Below are positions 53,631 through 60,627 of a stretch of 64,000 bases of DNA, in pieces. Location of the stretch: the NCBI GenBank assembly GCA_049509455.1, contig JBEKZX010000001.1, positions 47,516-111,515 on the forward strand. Reading direction: 5' to 3'. A model generated the notes under the pieces. The model had not been told where the DNA came from. It saw only the letters and a program-made list of their open reading frames with translations, and did not search any database. Position numbers and translations under genes: made by a program. The DNA is from Conexivisphaerales archaeon. GTDB taxonomy: Archaea > Thermoproteota > Nitrososphaeria > Conexivisphaerales > DTJL01. Numbering within the stretch: the stretch's first letter is position 1; every line of letters starts with the position of its first letter.

Positions 53631-54743
53631 ATGAACTGTGCTAACTGCGGAGCGCAGCTTCCCGACGATGCATCATTTTGCTCCAAGTGCGGGAGTCCCA
53701 CTAATCAGGCGGCCGGCATGGGCCAGCAGACCGGCGGCGGCTCGGCTTCACAATACGGAGGAGCTGCTCAAGCCGCTGCCTCCCCCCCGAGGCCAATCAT
53801 CGCTGCTTCAGGAGTGACTTCTCTGAAGTGCCCCACCTGCGGCGCTCCTTTAACTCCCAAGTTCGGCGAGATGGTGATAACATGCGAGTACTGCGGGGCC
53901 AGCGTCACTTTGGGAGCCCAAGGATGGGCTGACATACAGAAGCAGACGATGCTCGCCCTCAAAATCGCCAGTACTGACCAGGTGAATTCCATAATCAAGC
54001 CGCTGATGGACAACGGCCTTCTTCACAGACACCTCCAGGAGAACTCCACTCTGGAGGAGATGAGCCTCTCGTATGTGCCTTACTGGATCGTCAGCGTCTC
54101 CGCCCGTACGACCGTAGTCTGCGAGAATGTCGCTGCGCAGATTGGACAGACTGCCACGACCGCCGCACTGATGGGCATCATGTTTGGCGGGATGGGCGGT
54201 GGATTCGGAGGAGGAGGTCGCGGAGGCGGCCGCAGACGCGCTTGGGACACCAGCGGGATGAGATCTATAGGCTTTTTCGGCGGAGCCTTCCTTCCAAGTC
54301 CGATCATGGCCTTCGGAATGGGGATGGGATACGGTGGCGGGGGAATGAGGAAGACCGAGCAGATGGACGCGAACTACAGTTTCCCTGTGGTTGCACTGAA
54401 AGCGCTTACGGAGTATCAGCCGCGGAGCTATCAATTTGATCTTGAAGGCAGAACGCTGTTCGATATTACCAAGTTGCCCAAGAACATTAAGGTCCTTAAC
54501 GGGGACATCAGCGAAGACGTTGCGAAATCCCAGGCGAAGACCTTGGTTGACCAGCTGCAATCGGACGGTGCGCACGCGAAATATCACATGATTCAGCAGA
54601 TAAACACCCAGTCGGACGTCGGGGATGCGGAGTTGCTTCACGCTCCGATATGGTTCGCCAGATATGATCACAAGGGGAAGAAGGTCGTGCTAGTGATCGA
54701 TGCAAACTCCGGCAGGGTAATCAACAGCTTAGGTTTGGAGTGA
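53631..54743 (+). CDS. double zinc-ribbon protein with a Gly/Met-rich core and a PepSY-like C-terminal module (function unknown)
   Basis: Zinc ribbons CANCG...CSKCG and CPTCG...CEYCG. A low-complexity segment follows (MFGGMGGGFGGGGRGGGRRR...GMGMGYGGGGM). The C-terminus ends in PIWFARYDHKGKKVVLVIDANSGRVI. Confidence 0.6.
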   Translation: MNCANCGAQLPDDASFCSKCGSPTNQAAGMGQQTGGGSASQYGGAAQAAASPPRPIIAASGVTSLKCPTCGAPLTPKFGEMVITCEYCGASVTLGAQGWADIQKQTMLALKIASTDQVNSIIKPLMDNGLLHRHLQENSTLEEMSLSYVPYWIVSVSARTTVVCENVAAQIGQTATTAALMGIMFGGMGGGFGGGGRGGGRRRAWDTSGMRSIGFFGGAFLPSPIMAFGMGMGYGGGGMRKTEQMDANYSFPVVALKALTEYQPRSYQFDLEGRTLFDITKLPKNIKVLNGDISEDVAKSQAKTLVDQLQSDGAHAKYHMIQQINTQSDVGDAELLHAPIWFARYDHKGKKVVLVIDANSGRVINSLGLE

Positions 54744-54848
54744 CGTGCAATCAATGGCGGCGGGATGTTGATTGCGATCGGCATTTCAAATTGAGGCGGT
54801 AGTCGATGATTCGGTCGGTTCAGACAGCCCGCACCTGATGGGAGGAGA

Positions 54849-55955
54849 ATGGACGGAATGAGGATTTCAAGAGTAATCATTATAGTTCTGGTGGTCGTCA
54901 TAGTCGCGATAGCCGGTCTTTACGCATATACGAGCTTGTTCGCCCCTCAAACGAGCATTTCGCCATGGGATTCGGCAGCTGGGTATCCCCTTCAGCTTGG
55001 CGGAACGTTCGCGGTGGCCGGACAGCAGTGCGTCAGCAACGGGGCGTACGTCTATTGCATCGGGGGACAGGATGCCAACGGCGGCCCGCGCAGCGAGGTG
55101 TACTCCTCCTCAGCGATCTCTTCGTCTTCCGCTAACGTCACCGGCTGGACGTCCGACTCCAATCAGTACCCTGTGACCATAAACGGCCAATCATGTGTGG
55201 TCTACTCCGGCTACGTGTATTGCGTCGGGGGGAGCTACGACAGCGGCGGCGATGACGTTGCCTCGAGTTATTTTGCGCCTCTGAGCAGTGGTGGCGTCGG
55301 AGGGAGCTGGAACTCAACAGCGTCGTATCCCATCCCGATAGACAGCCAGTCTTGCGTGGCTTCATCCGGATACATTTACTGCGTGGGCGGGAATAATGAG
55401 ACAGACGGCACCAACGCCGACTCCATTGCGAGCAGCTCCGTCTGGTATGCCCAGCTCTCCTCTTCGGGCATCGGTAACTGGACCGCTTCGGCATCATATC
55501 CCTACAACCTCTATTTTTCGAGCTGTTCCGCGGCCAACGGCTACATCTACTGCCTGGGGGGCGCTGACAGCAGCGACAACGCTGTGAGCGCGGCCTACTC
55601 CGCACCTCTTTCCCCCGCTGGCGTGGGGACGTGGACGCAGACGACGGCTTATCCACTTCAAGAAAGTGGTCTGGCCTGCGCAATCTCATCGGGTTACATC
55701 TACTGTGTCGGAGGTCAGGGGCAACTGAACTCGTATACAAACGCCGTTTACTACGCTCCGATATCATCTGGAGGCATAGGGACCTGGGAAAAGGCGGCCA
55801 ACTACCCCCTGAGCGTGGAGACGACCTGCGTCATTTCTTCGGGCGATCTATACTGTATAGGAGGTTTCGACGGTAGCTCGGTGGGTGAGAACAACGCCGT
55901 ACACTACATCTCCCTGGCTACGCTCTCTGGCGCGACCACGTCAGGCCAGGGATGA
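54849..55955 (+). CDS. membrane-anchored six-bladed Kelch-like beta-propeller protein
   Basis: An N-terminal TM helix (VIIIVLVVVIVAIAGL). Six repeats of about 50 aa each contain YP...C.....GY(I/V)YC(V/I/L)GG...Y(Y/S)AP(L/I)SS.G(V/I)G.W. Confidence 0.75.
   Translation: MDGMRISRVIIIVLVVVIVAIAGLYAYTSLFAPQTSISPWDSAAGYPLQLGGTFAVAGQQCVSNGAYVYCIGGQDANGGPRSEVYSSSAISSSSANVTGWTSDSNQYPVTINGQSCVVYSGYVYCVGGSYDSGGDDVASSYFAPLSSGGVGGSWNSTASYPIPIDSQSCVASSGYIYCVGGNNETDGTNADSIASSSVWYAQLSSSGIGNWTASASYPYNLYFSSCSAANGYIYCLGGADSSDNAVSAAYSAPLSPAGVGTWTQTTAYPLQESGLACAISSGYIYCVGGQGQLNSYTNAVYYAPISSGGIGTWEKAANYPLSVETTCVISSGDLYCIGGFDGSSVGENNAVHYISLATLSGATTSGQG
54984..55907 (+). repeat. six in-frame Kelch-like sequence repeats (coding)
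   Basis: The YxYCxGG cores are AYVYCIGG, GYVYCVGG, GYIYCVGG, GYIYCLGG, GYIYCVGG and GDLYCIGG. Confidence 0.8.
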
Positions 55956-56080
55956 ACAAGATGGTCTTGTCCGCGTGATTTCTCGGCGCGTCGTGAAATC
56001 CGCAGGTGCCCGAGCATGAAGTTCCATCGCCGTCAGCCGCCAAGTTGACGGTTCCGTCTTGGAATCTGAAACCCGCGGAT

Positions 56081-56102
56081 ACTGAGTGATACGTCACTCA
56101 GT
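56081..56102. repeat. perfect 9-bp inverted repeat with a 4-nt spacer
   Basis: ACTGAGTGA-TACG-TCACTCAGT lies in the convergent intergenic space between the Kelch gene and the small minus-strand ORF. Confidence 0.7.
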
Positions 56103-56166
56103 CCAGTGAATAGAGACTCCATATCTATCTGCCGCTGGAGGGAATTACAATGGGGATCGGCCCAGG

Positions 56167-56385
56167 TCATGCTCGCAAGCGTTGGGCCAACGGGCCCCGA
56201 CTAAAGCGTGGTTCTCTACGGATAGGGGGGAGACTCGCATGCAAACAGTCAAAGCAGATGATGTGTTCCTTGCCAGCGGGAACTCTTTCCACCATCTTTC
56301 CGACTACATCATGTCCGCATAGTGTCCTCCGATCGAACGGGACCAGGTGCCACTTGGGGCTTGATTTCGTCCTGCCATATCTCAT
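56167..56385 (-). CDS. small putative zinc-binding protein (72 aa)
   Basis: The C/H pattern TLCGH...(22)...ICFDCLH has plausible codon usage. An equally long antisense ORF (56150-56404) exists, and no family was recognised. Confidence 0.3.
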   Translation of the reverse strand: MRYGRTKSSPKWHLVPFDRRTLCGHDVVGKMVERVPAGKEHIICFDCLHASLPPIRREPRFSRGPLAQRLRA

Positions 56386-56459
56386 ATTAGACGCCGTTAG
56401 TTAGAGCGCCGTCGCGTTATTTCAATTCTCTGTTGGGCCAGGTCATCTGTATAGTCCGC

Positions 56460-56753
56460 TCAATAGTCGCCTATCTGCCTTCCCGACCCTACGACCAAAG
56501 CGATGCAATCGCCCACCACTTCGCCCAAGAAAAAAGAAATCAGATGCAACATGCTATCCAGTGAGAAGACGGACATCACTGACTGGACGGCCTGCTGCAC
56601 GGTTGGGTTCACCTGTCCTTCGTGGATGGCCCAGAGGATTGGTACGACGATACCTGTTAATCCGACTACGGTGGTGAGAAACACTCCCCACCTGGCGCCA
56701 GCCCTCCCCCCTAGGAATAGACCCACGAATGCCATGAAAATGACGAAGAACAC
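56460..56753 (-). CDS. small membrane protein (97 aa, ~3 TM helices)
   Basis: Has hydrophobic segments FFVIFMAFVGLFLGG, VFLTTVVGLTGIVVPILWAI and LHLISFFLGEVVGDCIALVV. It lies downstream of the winged-helix gene pair on the same strand. Confidence 0.45.
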   Translation of the reverse strand: MFFVIFMAFVGLFLGGRAGARWGVFLTTVVGLTGIVVPILWAIHEGQVNPTVQQAVQSVMSVFSLDSMLHLISFFLGEVVGDCIALVVGSGRQIGDY

Positions 56754-56809
56754 GTCACCGAAAAGGGAGAAGAAATCAGTCGAGAACGAGTCCCAGACCC
56801 AAACGATCT

Positions 56810-57433
56810 CTACGTTTCAGCCTTCAAACTCGGAATGATTTCGTTCTCCACCCAAACCTTCCCTGGCCCGGTCAGTCGATATCCGGTTGGCTCCCTGATG
56901 ACATAGTTCGGCAGCTTGTACCTAGATTTGACGGTGAAGCAAGCATAGGTATTGTTGATCTTGATGCGTCTGAATCCACGATTGATGAGACGGTCAACCT
57001 GATTAGGGCCGATGGGCTCGCCAATTTCGTAAAGCAGCAAACCGATGGCTTCTTGGAAGCTCAGCTTTCTAACAGCTATTTCTGGGAATCTGACCTCGGT
57101 CTTGCTGAACTCCAGCACCCCTGCAATACCCTTTGGAGGCAACTCTACATCTGGAAACTGTCCGCCTGTAGCGACCACGGAAGTCTTACTTGGCTTCCCT
57201 TTGACCGCCTTCGGAATAGGCGATGCATCAGTAGCACTTGCCTTGAATGAACGGGACGCTTCTATGAGCTCGTTCTTGTACATTGAGACTGTGCTCAGAG
57301 CATTCTTGATACTCGCAATGAAGGCTTCAGAGGAGACATCGGCTGTCTTCGTTGCCTTGACTCGAAACTTCATCCCATCTAGCTCGAGCTCCAGGATGAC
57401 ATCGACCGGAATCGGTTCCGGTCCCTTGGTCAT
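56810..57433 (-). CDS. hypothetical protein with a C-terminal winged-helix-like domain
   Basis: The ATG at 57433 lies 1 nt after the stop of the upstream gene (TGAAATG). The C-terminus LSFQEAIGLLLYEIGEPIGPNQVDRLINRGF...PTGYRLTGPG looks like a wHTH. Confidence 0.6.
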   Translation of the reverse strand: MTKGPEPIPVDVILELELDGMKFRVKATKTADVSSEAFIASIKNALSTVSMYKNELIEASRSFKASATDASPIPKAVKGKPSKTSVVATGGQFPDVELPPKGIAGVLEFSKTEVRFPEIAVRKLSFQEAIGLLLYEIGEPIGPNQVDRLINRGFRRIKINNTYACFTVKSRYKLPNYVIREPTGYRLTGPGKVWVENEIIPSLKAET

Positions 57434-57434
57434 T

Positions 57435-58127
57435 TCAGTTGCCTCCTTCACCCGTCGGCAACGTGTACCCATAGATTCCTCCTTCCTTCACTCTCCGAAG
57501 CCTGTTTGAGCGAACGAGATATGTCAGAGCGCCTGTGATGCTGCCTTGGCTGAAATGCTGAGCATTGGACTTCATCGCCTCATCAATCTCATGCCAGGTT
57601 CTTGGTCTCTTACGACCCCAAACGCTTGAAAGAGATTTGATGATTGCGTCATTGAGCCCAGCAGGATTCCCAATATCCGGTAGCTCCTCCGGCGACAGGT
57701 CCGTTTCTTGGTTTGCAAGCACATATGCGGAGCCCGACAGGTTGTCAAGAAGCTGACCAAGCAGAGAGTATACTATTCTGAACTCTCCACGGCCGGAGCG
57801 CTCGACATATCCGTCCGAGGCAAGCTCCGATAGCCTCTTGGAAAGAGCAATTGCGTCCACCCCAGTTTCTCTAGAAAGCTCTTCAAGGCTCATAGTGTCA
57901 GATTCAGTCTTGCCCAGTTTGAAGGCGAAGAACCGTCCGGCGAGGAACAACGATGCCAGCTCCTTCTGGCCGAGCTGACTCTTGGGTACCTGAAGAATGG
58001 TGCGTCCGCTCTTCTCTTCGATTGCAATATAGGGTTTGGACTTGGAGACGACCCTTCTGAGGATCTCCATATCATTGACGACCAGCTCACCCAAGATCTC
58101 CTTCTCTGACATAGTATCCATGCCCAT
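57435..58127 (-). CDS. hypothetical protein with two MarR/winged-helix-like modules
   Basis: The modules are MSLEELSRETGVDAIALSKRLSELASDGYVERSGRGEFRI and a second C-terminal wH (WHEIDEAM...ITGALTYLVRSNRLRRVKEGGIYGYTL). An A/T-rich TTTAAATA element sits just upstream. Confidence 0.65.
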   Translation of the reverse strand: MGMDTMSEKEILGELVVNDMEILRRVVSKSKPYIAIEEKSGRTILQVPKSQLGQKELASLFLAGRFFAFKLGKTESDTMSLEELSRETGVDAIALSKRLSELASDGYVERSGRGEFRIVYSLLGQLLDNLSGSAYVLANQETDLSPEELPDIGNPAGLNDAIIKSLSSVWGRKRPRTWHEIDEAMKSNAQHFSQGSITGALTYLVRSNRLRRVKEGGIYGYTLPTGEGGN

Positions 58128-58195
58128 GGATTAAGTCTTATTTAAAGCTCTAGGGTGGCCCATGTATTCAGCGCCGTTTGCATCATCTTCAGAGG

Positions 58196-58218
58196 GGCAT
58201 CTCATACATGGAGATGCC
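58196..58218. repeat. 8-bp perfect inverted repeat (GGCATCTC-N7-GAGATGCC)
   Basis: It lies about 70 nt upstream of the minus-strand winged-helix operon, in the 520-nt non-coding stretch. Confidence 0.7.
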
Positions 58219-58493
58219 AGTAAGTGCGCAAGCAAACCGTAACCAGATATATCGAAACGACATCAATCTGATTACTGAAGGCCCGCGTGAAATGCGTTAA
58301 TCGACCCAGGGTTAATTCGGGAAGACCGCTAGTGATTTGGTACGACTATGCATATGCGGCCGAACACCTTCTTGGAGGATAGTCTGCTCGCCTGAATCCC
58401 CGTCGTCATCGCCAGGGAGGTGGAACCATCGCAGTACGCGACGTCTGGAGCTAGACGGACCTAACGCTGCAGGCCGGGCCGTCGGTCGGATTC

Positions 58494-58510
58494 GTACGGG
58501 GACGTACTAG
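58494..58510. promoter_or_regulatory. distal pair of GTAC boxes spaced 10 nt apart
   Basis: GTACGGGGACGTACTAG, with GTAC cores at 58494 and 58504. Confidence 0.4.
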
Positions 58511-58607
58511 CCTGATTCAACGACGGGCTTCGCAACCGGCCTCGCAATTCTTCAGTCCTTCCCCTGAGCCTTGCCCGACCACTTCATCCTAGTGGGGGAA
58601 TGCTTTA

Positions 58608-58647
58608 GTACGAGCTAGTACAGATTCACGGTACGAGGGTGTACGAA
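58608..58647. promoter_or_regulatory. array of four GTAC-core boxes abutting the start of the HTH/coiled-coil gene (candidate operator)
   Basis: The boxes are GTACGAG (58608), GTACAGA (58618), GTACGAG (58631) and GTACGAA (58641), with spacings of 10, 13 and 10 nt. They form two direct-repeat pairs, TAGTAC-N4-TAGTAC and GTACGA-N4-GTACGA. The TTG start is at 58649. Confidence 0.5.
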
Positions 58648-58648
58648 T

Positions 58649-59233
58649 TTGAAGGGAGCAAAACTACCCGAGGAACTGGTGAACGAAGCCAAGAAGCTCA
58701 GGATGGAGGGTGGCACGTACAGGGAGATAGCCGCCAAGCTTAACCTGAGGTCCCCCAGCTCGCTGCAGCCACATCTGAAAGGCATCCCGAAAGGGAGAAG
58801 AGGAGGAACTGCAGTCATCGAGGTCCCTGTTGACCATGGCCAGCGGGTAGCTGAGGAGAAGGCTCACCGGGCGGAGACTACGGAGACAGTTGAATGGAGT
58901 AAGACGATCGCGGAGGCCCTGTTGGAGGTGGCCCGGGCCGAGCAGAAACTAGTGCAAGAACTCGAGGCGGAGAGGGAGACCAGGGGGACGCAGCCTCACG
59001 CGGGAATCTACGACACCTTCACTTTGCAGCAGCGAGAGGCCATCAAGGACAGGCTTGACAAGTTGGAAAAGGTCGCTGCCGAGCGCAAGGACGCGCTGGA
59101 AGCCTTTGAGGCTCTCGTTACGAAAGTGAATGGTTTGGAATCAATAGATGCCGGTTTGATTGGGAACCAGGGGGCTCTCGCTAAGAGAGTGAGTGATTTG
59201 GAAGTCATAGTTGCCGGCTTGGCTATGAGATAG
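58649..59233 (+). CDS. HTH DNA-binding protein with a long C-terminal coiled coil
   Basis: The N-terminal PEELVNEAKKLRMEGGTYREIAAKLNL resembles the resolvase/terminase-small-subunit type of HTH. The C-terminal about 110 aa are heptad-rich (EQKLVQELEAERE...LDKLEKVAAERKDALEAFEALV). The start is TTG. Confidence 0.6.
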   Translation: MKGAKLPEELVNEAKKLRMEGGTYREIAAKLNLRSPSSLQPHLKGIPKGRRGGTAVIEVPVDHGQRVAEEKAHRAETTETVEWSKTIAEALLEVARAEQKLVQELEAERETRGTQPHAGIYDTFTLQQREAIKDRLDKLEKVAAERKDALEAFEALVTKVNGLESIDAGLIGNQGALAKRVSDLEVIVAGLAMR

Positions 59234-59703
59234 AAGCGCTAACACAGAGACCTATGGCGTCCTCAGGGGGTCCTACCCGTCCCTCTTCCTTTCCGTCATC
59301 AAGGCCGCTCGCTGCTACGCTCTCGGGCCCAACTCCGGCGACGACGAGGTTGCGGGCTTCGAGCGGTGAGCATGGCATAATCGTGCAGACTAGAACGGGA
59401 AAGGCTTCCGTTGAGGTCAAGAATCTCAAGAACCCTGTCTCCGGAGCGATGGTGGAGAAGTCCGCGAGGAAGGTCAGAAGAGACAGGAATATCGTGAAGA
59501 AGGGCATCTTCGTCTACAAGAGCTGCTTGGGACAAGCTCAACGATCCTGCAATTCCAGCTCCCTGAAGCTCTTAACATTCAGAAGAACATGCTCGATGGG
59601 CTCAGGTCGGCACCTTGAGTCGACTCCATGATACGGACGGAAAGGCGCTTCGGAGTGCGAGACGAGCAAGATTAAACTATCAGGGGAGCCGCCGCAATCT
59701 GTC

Positions 59704-60627
59704 TTGAATGAAGGGGAGCTGGTTTGCATCGACCTGACGAAGGTCTACAGCGACTCCGGGGGCAGAAGGGCTCTCGACTCGGTGACCCTGACCGTCCCTT
59801 CTCACGGGATATTCACGTTGATCGGAAGGAACGGGGCCGGGAAGACCACCCTCGTTCGCATACTCGCGACCCAGCTTGAGCCGACCTTCGGCTCGGCGTC
59901 CATCAATGGGATTGACGTCATGAAGGAAGCCAAGAAGCTGAGGGAGAGGATAGCGATAATCCCCCAAGAGGCCAGGGCCATCCCCTGGCTGACGCCCCTG
60001 CAGACCGTCGTGGCCTATCTGCTCTGGAGGGGGCTAGGCTACGGAGAGGCGAAGAAGCGAGCCGAAGAAGCCCTCGCCAGGGCGGGGGTGGGGCAATACT
60101 CCGGGACGGTGAACAGGAAGCTCTCCGGAGGGCTCAAGAGGAAGGTTCTGGTGGCTACGGCGCTGGCTGCGGACGCGGAGATCACCTTCCTTGACGAGCC
60201 GACGACGGGGCTGGACCCGATTTCCCGCAGGGAGCTGTGGAAGTCCCTGGACGAGATAGCCAAGGATCGCTTCCTCATACTGACCACCCACTACCTTGAG
60301 GAGGCGGAGCACCTGGCGAACACCATAGGGATCCTCGACCAGGGGAGGCTGCTCGGGCTCGGCTCCTTGGACTATCTGAGGAGCCTGGTGAAGTACGAGT
60401 ACAGCATCAGGTTTCCTACGATGCAGGAGACCCCGTCCTTAGAGGCGGGGGTCGTCACCAGAGGGAGGGACGGACAGACGCAGATCCTGACCGACGAGCG
60501 GGAGGCTTACAGGGTGTCGAAGGAGCTGCTGGAGATAGGGGCGAAGTTCTCCATAAACAGGATTTCGCTGGACGGCATCTTCTTCAGCTTGGCGGGCTCC
60601 ATCGTCGACGAGGAGGAGCAGGAATGA
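59704..60627 (+). CDS. ABC transporter ATP-binding protein (ABC-2 type)
   Basis: Walker A GRNGAGKTT, signature LSGGLKRKV and Walker B ITFLDEPTTGLD. The start is TTG. Confidence 0.9.
   Translation: MNEGELVCIDLTKVYSDSGGRRALDSVTLTVPSHGIFTLIGRNGAGKTTLVRILATQLEPTFGSASINGIDVMKEAKKLRERIAIIPQEARAIPWLTPLQTVVAYLLWRGLGYGEAKKRAEEALARAGVGQYSGTVNRKLSGGLKRKVLVATALAADAEITFLDEPTTGLDPISRRELWKSLDEIAKDRFLILTTHYLEEAEHLANTIGILDQGRLLGLGSLDYLRSLVKYEYSIRFPTMQETPSLEAGVVTRGRDGQTQILTDEREAYRVSKELLEIGAKFSINRISLDGIFFSLAGSIVDEEEQE

Noticed and set aside
53850-54671. A 273-aa minus-strand ORF antisense to the zinc-ribbon/Gly-rich gene.
   Set aside because: The plus-strand frame carries two clean CxxC...CxxC ribbons and a structured C-terminal module. 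The minus frame is Arg/His/Ser-rich with no motif. Confidence in this choice is lower than for the core genes.
54984-55907. Regular ~150-nt periodic repeats.
   Set aside because: They are not a CRISPR or intergenic repeat array. They are in-frame Kelch-like blades of one ORF.
59254-59729. Overlapping small ORFs at the right edge of the island: 59254-59631(+), 59223-59507(-), 59299-59541(-) and 59538-59729(-).
   Set aside because: The Lys/Glu-rich plus frame (..VEVKNLKNPVSGAMVEKSARKVRRDRNIVKKGIFVYKS..) looks the most protein-like. No start or family could be fixed, and the minus frames are its shadows or run into the ABC gene.
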